Shown: piece after piece, positions 34,571 through 44,992 of the stretch
Numbering within the stretch: position 1 is the first letter of the stretch
Layout of the letters: each line of letters starts with the position of its first letter
From: Macrostomum lignano
Taxonomy: Eukaryota
NCBI GenBank assembly: GCA_002269645.1
Contig: NIVC01000722.1
Location: 157,963-221,962, forward strand
Length of the DNA: 64,000 nt
Reading direction: 5' to 3'
Notes under the pieces: model-generated
Databases searched by the model: none
The model's input: the letters and a program-made list of their open reading frames with translations, nothing else
Told to the model about the DNA's origin: nothing
Program-made: the position numbers and the translations under genes

Positions 34571-35489
34571 TTAGTTCTCTTCAAGGACCGGTAAAGCGCA
34601 ATTTAAATACAATTGAATAAAGCAAGACTTGAGCTCTATTAATCAGATCAATGGGCTTAATAAGGCGTGGAAAATGTATCTATTGTACTTAATAATAAAT
34701 GTGCTAATGTTGCACTGTAAAGCAAGATTTATCATCATGTGAGAATGTACTACTGTCAACATTATCTGCCCAAACAAAACTGTCCGGCATCAATAGTTAA
34801 AGAACAGCCGAAATCATAAATTAGAATACAAAAACAGTTTTCTGTACACAGTAAGTAGTGTAGTAGTTCAAGAGCCTAGTCCAACTTAAAAAACCAACAA
34901 AAACTGTATAGAAAAATGAGCAATCAGGTGCGCTGTTAGACTGTGCGGATTAAGGTGACAGGGAATGATGAACAAGACACTGGGATATTTGCTATAACTT
35001 ACTTGATAAATAGCAGAGTACCTAAACAAAACACATTTTCAATCAAGAATAATCATACTAGTGATCAAATTTAAAAATCCTTCTCTTGCTACTGCAAGTA
35101 CGCATATCGAAGATATATATAACTAAATTCGACAAAAAACAACCGAGTATAAAAAACTGAACAATTTAGGCTTGATTACCCTAAATATCACTGCTTTCCT
35201 TGCATTTCTACTAATAGTAGCCGAATGACTCAGCAAACAAATATGAACCCTTGCCAGCTCACAAATTTTAATTGATTCTATGACTTATAACTAAATTTTG
35301 ATGCAAGGGAAGCAGACATTCATGAATAAATATAAAGAGCTTGGGTAACGCAGAGAATTCATATTGATGATGCAGTCGGTGGTTAAAACAGGTCTGTGCT
35401 AACGTTAAAGTTGCCGTTGGTATGAAATACCAGGGAAGACAAATCGTCATTAGCGATAAATTAGCACATTTTTAAACATCAATTCTCAA

Positions 35490-35670
35490 ATGGAGTAGGT
35501 AATTAAGGATCTTCACCTCATCAGTCTCAGGTGGGGCAGGTTATTAAGGAGATTCACCTTATCAGTCTCAGGTGGGGCAGGTTATTAAGGATCTCCACCT
35601 CATCAGTCTCAGGTGGGGCAGGTTATTAAGGATCTCCACCTCATCAGTCTCAGGTGAGATAGATTATTAA
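35490..35670. repeat. Second block of the same 41-bp minisatellite
   Basis: About 4 units matching 33460-34570. Confidence 0.92.
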
Positions 35671-35798
35671 GGATATAATAAATTTTCATCAACTTTCTAA
35701 ATCGAAAATCCAGTTATACTGCAACAATAAGCCTGATTTCCATCAGAATGTACTGCTTGCACACGTTCACAGATCTTGGCTTGGCAATGTCCCAGTCA

Positions 35799-37268
35799 CT
35801 AATTCTCCTGTACATAGTTAGCCGGGAACATGCCCTGTCTGTCCTCAATTGTGCCAAGCCACCAGCCGTCGTCAATTTTTTGAACCAAATTAATCAAATC
35901 TCCGGCGGCGAAGGACAATTCGTCGTCATCTTCAGCGGTGTAGTCGTACAGGGCGGTGCAGGTGCCGGCAGGGGCCGCCTGCTGCTGCTCCTCCTGCTGG
36001 TACTGCGGCTCGGGCTCAGGTTCCGGTTCCTCATACCGAACTTCTGGTTCCTCATACTGAACTTCCGGTTCGTATTGGGGTTGAGGCTGGGGAACTTCCG
36101 GTTCATATTGAGGTTGGGGAACTTCCGGTTCGTACTGCGGCTGAGGCTCCTCCTGGGGCTTAGCGGGAGCTTCCCAGCCTACGGCGCTCTTATCCTGCCG
36201 GTCGCTCTGCACTCCGTACTTGCCGCCGAACCCTTTCGAAGCGTCCGTCTGAGAGGCGTGCGGCTGCAACTGCTCCCGGTGATCCCAGCCTACGGCGCTC
36301 TTATCCTGCCGGTCGCTCTGCACTCCGTACTTGCCGCCGAAACCTTTGGCCGCGTCAGTCTGGGACTCGTGCAGCTTGCTCTTCTCCTGGTGATCCCAGC
36401 CTACGGCGCTCTTATCCTGCCGGTCGCTCTGCACTCCGTACTTGCCGCCGAAACCTTTGGCCGCGTCAGTCTGGGACTCGTGCAGCTTGCTCTTCTCCTG
36501 GTGATCCCAGCCTACGGCGCTCTTATCCTGCCGGTCGCTCTGCACTCCGTACTTGCCGCCGAAACCTTTGGCCGCGTCAGTCTGGGACTCGTGCAGCTTG
36601 CTCTTCTCCTGGTGATCCCAGCCAACGGCGCTCTTATCCTTCCGGTCACTTTGCACCCCATATTTCCCGCCGAATCCTTTGGCGGCATCAGTCTGGGATT
36701 CGTGAAGCTCCCTCTTCTCTTTGTAATCCCAGCCAACGGCACTCTTGTCCCTCCGGTCGCTCTGCACCCCATATTTCCCGCCGAATCCTTTGGCGGCATC
36801 AGTTTGGGATTCGTGCAGTTCGCGTTTTTCTTTGTAATCCCAGCCAACGGCGCTCTTGTCCTTCCGGTCGCTCTGCACGCCGTACTTGCCGCCGAATCCC
36901 TTGGCTGCGTCAGTCTGGGACTGGTGCAGCTGACGCTGCGCTTGGTACTCGTTAGTCACGGCGCTCTTGTCCATGCGGTCCTTCTCAACACCGAACTGGC
37001 CGCCATAACCGTAGGAGGCCTTCGGTCCGGAGTCCAGCTGACGTTTCTTCTCGGCGCTGTCGTCGTGAATGACCTGATCGCGCAGCTGGGCAACATTGAC
37101 GTCGGACTGTCGGCCAGAGCCGGCCACAGTTTTGGAGCCCCAGCGCTGCTCTTTTTCGCTGACATCGTTTTCAAAATCTGCCTCAGTCTCCCAATCATCA
37201 TCGTCATTGTTGTCACCGGTGGCCATGTTCACATTGTAGCCAGCCTGGGCCTTCCACAGATTGGACAT
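35799..37268 (-). CDS. CTTN: Cortactin, intronless CDS, 489 aa
   Basis: N-terminal acidic DDDDWETEADF (Arp2/3 DDW motif), 7 full plus 1 partial 37-aa repeats (GFGGKYGVQSDRxDKSAVGW), QPQYEPEV linker, C-terminal SH3. Confidence 0.96.
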   Translation of the reverse strand: MSNLWKAQAGYNVNMATGDNNDDDDWETEADFENDVSEKEQRWGSKTVAGSGRQSDVNVAQLRDQVIHDDSAEKKRQLDSGPKASYGYGGQFGVEKDRMDKSAVTNEYQAQRQLHQSQTDAAKGFGGKYGVQSDRKDKSAVGWDYKEKRELHESQTDAAKGFGGKYGVQSDRRDKSAVGWDYKEKRELHESQTDAAKGFGGKYGVQSDRKDKSAVGWDHQEKSKLHESQTDAAKGFGGKYGVQSDRQDKSAVGWDHQEKSKLHESQTDAAKGFGGKYGVQSDRQDKSAVGWDHQEKSKLHESQTDAAKGFGGKYGVQSDRQDKSAVGWDHREQLQPHASQTDASKGFGGKYGVQSDRQDKSAVGWEAPAKPQEEPQPQYEPEVPQPQYEPEVPQPQPQYEPEVQYEEPEVRYEEPEPEPEPQYQQEEQQQAAPAGTCTALYDYTAEDDDELSFAAGDLINLVQKIDDGWWLGTIEDRQGMFPANYVQEN

Positions 37269-37365
37269 GCTGGGCTATTGTGGCATGCAAATATTTAACA
37301 TTTTTTATGAGGATGTGCATGTATATATTTTTAATTACATTGTATATAAATTAAGTTTTATGCCA

Positions 37366-37850
37366 GTGATCAAATGGGGTTGCTAAGATGCCAATGATCA
37401 AATGGGGTTGCTGAGATGCTAATGATCAAATGGGGTTGCTAAGATGCCAATGATCAAATGGGGTTGCTGAGATGCCAATGATCAAATGGGGTTGCTGAGA
37501 TGCTAATGATCAAATGGGGTTGCTAAGATGCCAATGATCAAATGGGGTTGCTGAGATGCCAATGCTCAAATGGGGTTGCTGAGATGCCAATGATCAAATG
37601 GGGTTGCTGAGATGCTAATGATCAAATGGGGTTGCTAAGATGCCAATGATCAAATGGGGTTGCTGAGATGCTAATGATCAAATGGGGTTGCTAAGATGCC
37701 AATGATCAAATGGGGTTGCTGAGATGCCAATGATCAAATGGGGTTGCTGAGATGCCAATGCTCAAATGGGGTTGCTGAGATACCAATGATCAAATGGGGT
37801 TGCTGAGATGCCAATGCTCAAATGGGGTTGCTGAGATGCCAATGTTCAAA
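37366..37850. repeat. 28-bp minisatellite (ATGGGGTTGCT[G/A]AGATGC[C/T]AATGATCAA)
   Basis: About 17 units just upstream of the cortactin ATG. Confidence 0.96.
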
Positions 37851-38002
37851 TTTAGAAAAGGGGAATTATGGTAAGGGTTATAGAGGTTTTCATAACTTTA
37901 GTTTCATGTCAAGTGCCATGCTGTCATATCAATTTTTTAATAAGCTATTATACCTATAAAAACTTTTATAATCAAAAAAACAAGAAATTTTCTTTCATTT
38001 TT

Positions 38003-41000
38003 TGTCGTGTCGTGGCTGGCTAGCCAAACTTGAGCCGCAAATGGGCGAGAGGTTGTTATTTATTGTAGTTGGCATTGCACATAGATGTACATGCAGATAC
38101 GAGTAAAGCATCAGCTAGTGGATTAGACGGTTAGGCATAAGCGTACATTGACAGACAGAGCAGGCGGGGAGAGAGCAAGCAGTCCTAAACTCAGCGCCAA
38201 TAACAATTGGGGTGCAGCCCCACACTGCGCACTTCAAGTCAAGTCACGATACAACATCCCCTCATCACCAACGAGGAGACAGTCGGTCTGGGGCGACCCC
38301 TTTGGTCGACCTGCAGCTTCGTCGGGGCTCCGGTGTAGCTTCAGCGGCCTGCTGCGGTGGTGCCGCTGCGTCTGGCCGCTGGCTATCAGGTTCCGGGTTC
38401 CGGCCGCCTTCGTCCGGGTTCCGGCCGCCTTCGTCAGGGTTCCGGTCGCCGTCGTCAGGGCTCCGGCCGGCATCGTCAGGGTCCCGGCCGCTGTCGTCAG
38501 TGTTGTCCGTAACTTCCGCCCGGCTTGGACTCGGACGCAAGCGCAGCTGATCCCGGTGTGCCAGCACAGGCCTGTCATCCTTGTCCCGGGTGACCACGGC
38601 CGTGTTGTGGCCGGCCTGTACCACAAAGCGGACGGTCTCAGCCGGCCCCCCTGGCCGCGACTGGTAGACGAGCGGCGCATCGGTGTCGAATTGGAGGGTC
38701 AGCGGACTTCGCAGCTGTCGCCCCATAAGCGCAGATGGACTGCCACGCCCGTCGCCCCGCGGAGTGGCCCGGTAGTTAAGCAGCAGCTTGGCGAGGTACG
38801 CGTCGAACCGGCCCTGGTGCACGGCGAAGGCCCGCAGCCCCTTCTTGACGGTCTGGACCATGCGCTCGGCGCACCCGTTTGACTGCGGATGATACGGCGG
38901 CGAGTGCATCGGCGAGCAGCCGATCTTCTTGAGCCACTCGTGCAGCTGCTGGTCACGGAACTCCGGAGCATTGTCCGCCACCAAGGTATGCGGCACACCC
39001 AGGCGAGAGAAAATCAGGCGGAGTACCTTGATGACCGTCGTCGCGCTCTTGTCGGCAACAGGCACCGCTTCCGGCCAGCCGGAGAAGGCGTCCACTACAA
39101 TGAGCAGCAGGCCGAAGCCGGGAACGTGAGCATGGTCCATGTGCACGCGTCTCCAGGGACCATCTTCAGCCGGCCAGGTGTGGCACGTTCTGGCAGGCAT
39201 TGGACGGATCTCCGCGCATCGCTGGCATTGCTTGACGAAGTTTTCGACGTCCTCGCAGTGACCCGGCCACCAGGCTTCCAGCTTGAGTCGATTTCTTGTC
39301 GCTAGGGCACCGCAGTGCGAGTCGCCGTGAGCCGCTCGCAGCACGTCTTGCCGCAGCCGGCTAGGCGGGACCACCAGGTCTCTCAGGCAGACGACGCCAT
39401 TCTCCACTGAGAGCTGCTGGCGGACGGCTTTATACGGTCGCTCCGCTGCCGAGCAGTTGTTCCACGCATTGCTGCGGATCCTGCGCTTGACGCTGGCGAG
39501 CACCGGGTCATTGTCAGTGGCGTCTCTGATCTGCTCCAGCTTGAGCACCTCCGTCTCTGTCCAGTGAACGAAGCTTTCCTGGCAGTCGTCTCCATCGCCT
39601 TCCTTGAATTCAATTCGAGACAGCGCGTCGACATGCGGGATGCAGCTGCCCTTGATGTACGAGATTTCGTAGTCGAAGGCCGACAGCTGCAACGCCCAGC
39701 GCATGATCCTAGCCGATGTGACCTTTGGAAGCTCCCGAGACGGACTAAAAATGAACTCCAATGGTTGATGATCGCACTGGAGCACAAACTTGCTGCCGAG
39801 AAGAAAGTGTCTGGCTCTCTGAGTGGCCCACACCACAGCCAGGGCCTCTCGCTCGATATTCGAGTAATTTCTCTCAGCCGGTGTCAGCCGTCTTGACAGG
39901 TACATCACTGGGTGCTCGTCCTGAGAGAGGATTGCTGCTATGGCCTTTTCGCTGGCGTCAGTAGTCAGAGTTGTGCGCTTTCTTGCATCGAAGATTCGGA
40001 CCACTGGGGAAGCTGCAAGCGCCTGCTTGAGCTCGTCAAACGCTTTCTGCTGCCGAGGTCCCCAATGGAACGCGACTTTCTTGCTCCGCAGCTCGGTCAG
40101 CGGCTCGGTCTTCTCCGAGTAGGACTTGATGTAGCGCGAGTAGTACACCGTCATTCCTAGAAACGATTCGAGTTCCTTTTTGCTCGCCGGGGTGCTCACG
40201 CCGAGGATTTTCTCCACCAGCTTCCGATCAGGGCGCACGCCGTCAGCCGCGATGCAGTAGCCAAGGAAACTGATTTCCGTGCTGCGGAAAACGCACTTTT
40301 TTTCGTTGATTGACATGCCGGCATCAGAAAGCGCTCTCAGCAGGTCCCGGACTTTGCTGTCCAATTCGTCCGCTGTGGTGGCGCCAACGCACATGTCGTC
40401 TTGGTAGATCACCAGGTTGCTGACCGCACCGCCGACCGTTGCCTCCATGGCAGCCTGGAACTGCGCACTGGCCGTCTTCACCCCGTATGGCATGCGCGTC
40501 CATCTGAGCAGGCCTAGGGGCGTGTTGATGGTGAGTATTTCTCTGGAGGCCTCGTCTAGCTCAATCTGGTTGTAGGCATTTGTTAAGTCTACAATTGCGA
40601 AGTGCTTCATACCTGCCAGGGCACTGAAGGCTTGCTCGATGTTGGGCAGTGGGTAGGCGTCAGAGCAGATCTTCGGGTTCACCCCGACCTTGTAGTCGGA
40701 GCAGATTCTCAGGTCTCCGTCGGCCTTGCGCACCACCACAATGGGCGATGCCCAACTGCTGCCGCCTGGCGGCACGGGCTCGAGGATCCCGGCGTCGATC
40801 ATCGTCCGCAGCTTAGCCACCACCAGCGGCTTGAGATGAATCGGGAGCGGCCGGGCATCGAAGAAGCTGGGCTGAGCGTTCTCCCTGAGCAGGACCCGAG
40901 CACGGAAACCTTTGAGCTTGCCTAGCGGTTTGCTGCTGCGCTCCACTTGATTGACAGTCGCTGTGTCCAGCTTGAAGTCCAGCACGTCTGTTCCGATGAG

Positions 41001-42386
41001 GCCGTGCTCCTTTGTGCATTCGGTGACCGTCACGTCCGCACAGGCGATTTGTCTCCCGACTTCGATGAGCGCCGTGAAGCATCCTCTAGTTCTGATGACC
41101 GTTCCGTCAAATTGTCGCAGTCTCAGCTTGGACTTTCGTAGCTTGGGCTCACCGAGGCTCCTCCAGAAGTTTATCGGAATGATGCTCGCACCGGATCCAG
41201 AGTCGAGCTGCATTTTGAACGGCTTGCCTTCAATGAGCACAGTTTTTATGCTGCCGCTTCCGCTCTCGTTGCCGACGATGGTGTAGATGCCTGCCTGCTC
41301 ACACTCACTCGTGTCGATTTCATGGGCAGGTGCAACCGACTTGGACTTGGCGCTGCTCCTGCAGACTGCAGCAAAGTGGTTCCTGCGGTGGCACTTGTTA
41401 CAGGTCTTCCCGAATGCAGGGCATTTGCCTGGCTGGTGCTGCAGACCACACGACCTGCACTGAGCACCGCTATTGCGGTTCCTGTCGATGCTGGCAACTG
41501 GTGTCGAACTCTCAGCCGTCTCGGAGCTTCTGCTAGGCTCTCGGGCTTCAGCAGATCGGTCGCTTGAGCTGTAGCTCTGGATGAGCTCTAACTGCTGGAT
41601 GTACTGCAGACACGTGTCCAGAGTCACTGGATTCTCAGAGCTCTGAATGTGCTCAAGTGTTTTAGTCCGCTGGCTGTGGTCGCACAAGCCGCTGATCAGC
41701 AGTGTTTGGATCAAGTCATCCTCGGCTGACTGTTTGCAGTCTTTTTCGTTGAGCTTGTCAAACTCACAGTGCTTTGCCGCGTCTCTCAAGCGCTCCGCGA
41801 ACTGCTGGGCCGACTCTGTTGACAGCTGCCGCTGGGACATGAACCTTGTGCGCTCTGCAATCACCAGTTTCTTTTTGGGCTGGAGTCGCCCGATGATCAT
41901 TTTCTTGATGTCCTTGAAGGTCATATCCTCAATGTTTTTCGGCTTTGCCATGATAGAGACGGATCGGACTGCATTGATTCCTGCTCGAGCAAGGAAGAGG
42001 TCTGTCACCTGCTTCTCTTCGTTTGTATCTTGCAGTTTTTTGTGCCTGCACAGTGCTTCAAAACTTTGCAGCCAGGCCTCAGCCATGGCTGGATCATTGA
42101 GAGGTAATTCACTGGCTGCTTGCGACGCCATTGTCGTGTCGTGGCTGGCTAGCCAAACTTGAGCCGCAAATGGGCGAGAGGTTGTTATTTATTGTAGTTG
42201 GCATTGCACATAGATGTACATGCAGATACGAGTAAAGCATCAGCTAGTGGATTAGACGGTTAGGCATAAGCGTACATTGACAGACAGAGCAGGCGGGGAG
42301 AGAGCAAGCAGTCCTAAACTCAGCGCCAATAACAATTGGGGGTGCAGCCCCACACTGCGCACTTCAAGTCAAGTCACGATACAACA
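38003..42386 (-). mobile_element. Complete young Ty3/Gypsy (Mag-like) LTR retrotransposon, 4384 bp
   Basis: LTRs 38003-38256 and 42132-42386 (TG...CA, differ by one G in a run); 5-bp TSD TTTTT on both sides; PBS TGGCG and PPT GAGGGGA on the minus strand. Confidence 0.97.
38265..42131 (-). CDS. Single gag-pol polyprotein, 1288 aa
   Basis: Double knuckle CRSCGLQHQPGKCPAFGKTCNKCHRRNHFAAVC (Mag-type), LDSGS, YQDD, TDASE, H..H..C..C, D-D-E integrase; no stop codons. Confidence 0.96.
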   Translation of the reverse strand: MASQAASELPLNDPAMAEAWLQSFEALCRHKKLQDTNEEKQVTDLFLARAGINAVRSVSIMAKPKNIEDMTFKDIKKMIIGRLQPKKKLVIAERTRFMSQRQLSTESAQQFAERLRDAAKHCEFDKLNEKDCKQSAEDDLIQTLLISGLCDHSQRTKTLEHIQSSENPVTLDTCLQYIQQLELIQSYSSSDRSAEAREPSRSSETAESSTPVASIDRNRNSGAQCRSCGLQHQPGKCPAFGKTCNKCHRRNHFAAVCRSSAKSKSVAPAHEIDTSECEQAGIYTIVGNESGSGSIKTVLIEGKPFKMQLDSGSGASIIPINFWRSLGEPKLRKSKLRLRQFDGTVIRTRGCFTALIEVGRQIACADVTVTECTKEHGLIGTDVLDFKLDTATVNQVERSSKPLGKLKGFRARVLLRENAQPSFFDARPLPIHLKPLVVAKLRTMIDAGILEPVPPGGSSWASPIVVVRKADGDLRICSDYKVGVNPKICSDAYPLPNIEQAFSALAGMKHFAIVDLTNAYNQIELDEASREILTINTPLGLLRWTRMPYGVKTASAQFQAAMEATVGGAVSNLVIYQDDMCVGATTADELDSKVRDLLRALSDAGMSINEKKCVFRSTEISFLGYCIAADGVRPDRKLVEKILGVSTPASKKELESFLGMTVYYSRYIKSYSEKTEPLTELRSKKVAFHWGPRQQKAFDELKQALAASPVVRIFDARKRTTLTTDASEKAIAAILSQDEHPVMYLSRRLTPAERNYSNIEREALAVVWATQRARHFLLGSKFVLQCDHQPLEFIFSPSRELPKVTSARIMRWALQLSAFDYEISYIKGSCIPHVDALSRIEFKEGDGDDCQESFVHWTETEVLKLEQIRDATDNDPVLASVKRRIRSNAWNNCSAAERPYKAVRQQLSVENGVVCLRDLVVPPSRLRQDVLRAAHGDSHCGALATRNRLKLEAWWPGHCEDVENFVKQCQRCAEIRPMPARTCHTWPAEDGPWRRVHMDHAHVPGFGLLLIVVDAFSGWPEAVPVADKSATTVIKVLRLIFSRLGVPHTLVADNAPEFRDQQLHEWLKKIGCSPMHSPPYHPQSNGCAERMVQTVKKGLRAFAVHQGRFDAYLAKLLLNYRATPRGDGRGSPSALMGRQLRSPLTLQFDTDAPLVYQSRPGGPAETVRFVVQAGHNTAVVTRDKDDRPVLAHRDQLRLRPSPSRAEVTDNTDDSGRDPDDAGRSPDDGDRNPDEGGRNPDEGGRNPEPDSQRPDAAAPPQQAAEATPEPRRSCRSTKGVAPDRLSPRW

Positions 42387-44923
42387 TTTTTAGTTGAATA
42401 AATACAAAGAAAAATGAAAATAAATTTTGCCTTTCAAATAGCTAAGAAATTTTGTTTGATCATAATGCTTAAACAAAAAGTTTAAAATTTACTTAAAGAC
42501 TTTAGCATCTAAAATCAAAATAAGGAAATCTAATATATTAAAACTTTTTAAATCTGTTAGAAGAATAGAAATATAAAATTAATAATTGATTCCTCTTTCT
42601 ATTAATATCACAATAAACTGTCAATGTCTTCTTTATTATGCTACTTTTGATGCAAGCCAATTGATGGCTTATATAGCAACTTATTGGCTATTCAAGGCCT
42701 TTATTTAAGGTTTTAAATGCTATATGATTTAATGACTGAGTATGGATATACCATGCCAAAAATACCAAAAAATGCAACTTACCTATGAAAGAAACCCTTA
42801 AGCAAAAATTAATACAACTTTGATAAATGACAAGTGTAACTATAACTGTCTTATTAAGGCTAAATACCTTGTCATCTAATTAGTATTATGTCTCTATTCT
42901 TTTAGGTGGGCATTTTTGCAACTTACCCCTAGTCTACCACAATTTACAGTGGCCAAAGAGGCTAAGTTGGCTAGCAATTGTGCATTTATATCTTAGTATA
43001 TATATTTTTTAAGAGTTTAGCTTAACATATTGCTTTAACTCTAACAATTCATTGAAAGAGGGGGGTGATGACCCAGCCACTATCCTTCCCTAAATTAGAA
43101 ATAATACATTGCTATTATCTATACTATATAAGAAAACATTTTTATATCTTAGCCCATTTATATATAAGCATTAATGGCTTGTTATTGGCTTTAATAATAT
43201 AAAAATACTTGTTAATATTCATAATTTTGGCTTGAAACAAATATTAATTGACAAAATACTAGGGTCTAGTTGATAAAATGCTAATTAACAAAATACTATT
43301 TAATAATATGCCAGTTGATAAAATGTTAATTGATAGAATACCAATTGTATCATTATACAATTGAATACCAATTGCACCTAGTAAAATATAGAATCTGCAA
43401 CAGAATCCGAATGGAATGTTAGCCCTACAATAATGAAGCGGTGAAGCCTTCAAATTTTGACCAAACTGCTAAAAAGAAAATTATGATAATTTTTTCAACA
43501 CCTATTAGCCATATTATTCATAAGAGAACCTATATTTACTACTTTGAGTAGGTCTTATAGATGCTGCTATTTTTAGTTCAGTTTGCCTCAATATAGAATC
43601 ATACTAAAACTACTTTATATATTTTTCACAGTTAAATTGCTATATTACATTGCTATAGGCATAGCATGTATCTAAAATTATAATTTTTTGATTCCTATAT
43701 TTTGTATTTTATTTTAAGTTAGTGGATTCTACAATTGATTTTACAATTTATCATTTTATTACAGATTTCACATTTTACTAGGTACCCCTTTTTATTAGCT
43801 TAATATATTTTGATATATTAATTCAATAAAATAAAATTTAAAAGCAGTCTATTAGGAAGAGATTAAATGCAATCTTAGTCTTAAATCTATAACTTTAAGA
43901 TTTTATAAAACATAATATTTTTATTCTACATTCTACAAAATGGGATCCTGATCCTTGCTAATGCTAGGCAAAGGAAATAACTTTATATCATACGACATAA
44001 GAAGAATTTTAGAATATAATCAAATTTTTAAGTTCAACATGCACTAAACTTTAAGTTTAATTAAGTAATTTTAGGATTTATTTACTTTTATCCATTCCTT
44101 CCTAATAAATCATTTAACTCCCAAAAATAAACATAAAAGTTCCGAGTTCCCATTAGGAAACACATTTAATTTGCATAATTAACCATTAATTTCTCCTATT
44201 TCTATTTGATGCTTTTGATAGCACCTCTGCTTCTGCAAGGCGCAAGCTGACCAACTTCATGTGAAACATAACCTTCACTTCACTGGCTTCAGCCAGCCCA
44301 TTTATTAAGATATAATTGACGGTGTTTGAGAAAATATCAACTCCAGATACTAAAATATCTACTTTATTTAAAAGTATGCATAATACATCAGCGTAACACG
44401 CTTTCTTACCATTTTAACTTAAGTTAACTAGCTCGGTAATTTATTATTTAGCCTATTTTATACTCCGTTTTCTAGAAAAAATACAAATTAAGAACGATCG
44501 CTTTTTGTAACCATCTATAGCAAACAAAATAGTACGAACATGTTGTTTGTGTGAACTCCTAGCTTAAGAAGTTTGATATTTGTTCAGAAAAATTAATAGT
44601 TTTTTATCATTAAAAAACTTTACAGCCTGCCATAATCTAAGAGTTCTTATAAAATTTGTAAAAGGAAATCATCAACATAATAAAAATTGGTTACTGTATA
44701 TAGCCAAATAGCGCTACTTGTGCAGGCCATGCTATTAAAACAAGAGTACCCAACGCAGCGCAAGAACCTAAGGTTAAGTCTTATAAAAAATCTCTAGAAA
44801 GCTAGTTGTTAATCATTTTTGCTGTTAACTTCTACCATATCTAATAATAATCATCTGAGACTGTGATCTAACGGCCTATAATATACTACTAAACTACAAC
44901 CTACAAGTAGGCCTAAGTCTAAG

Positions 44924-44992
44924 ATGGATAAAAAGTGCACGGCATGTGGAAAGACTGTTTATCCCCTTGAGCAATTGAAATGTCTTGATCAG
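44924..44992 (+). CDS. LASP1: LASP exon 1 (LIM N-terminal part)
   Basis: MDKKCTACGKTVYPLEQLKCLDQ matches LASP [23 protein letters not shown]; GC donor CAG|gcaagt. Confidence 0.9.

Noticed and set aside
35748-37298. 516-aa antisense ORF over cortactin, and similar antisense ORFs over the retroelements
   Set aside because: Expected shadow of GC-rich, repeat-containing coding sequence
37980-42430. Imperfect inverted similarity of the sequences flanking the Mag element
   Set aside because: Low-complexity A/T tracts can explain it
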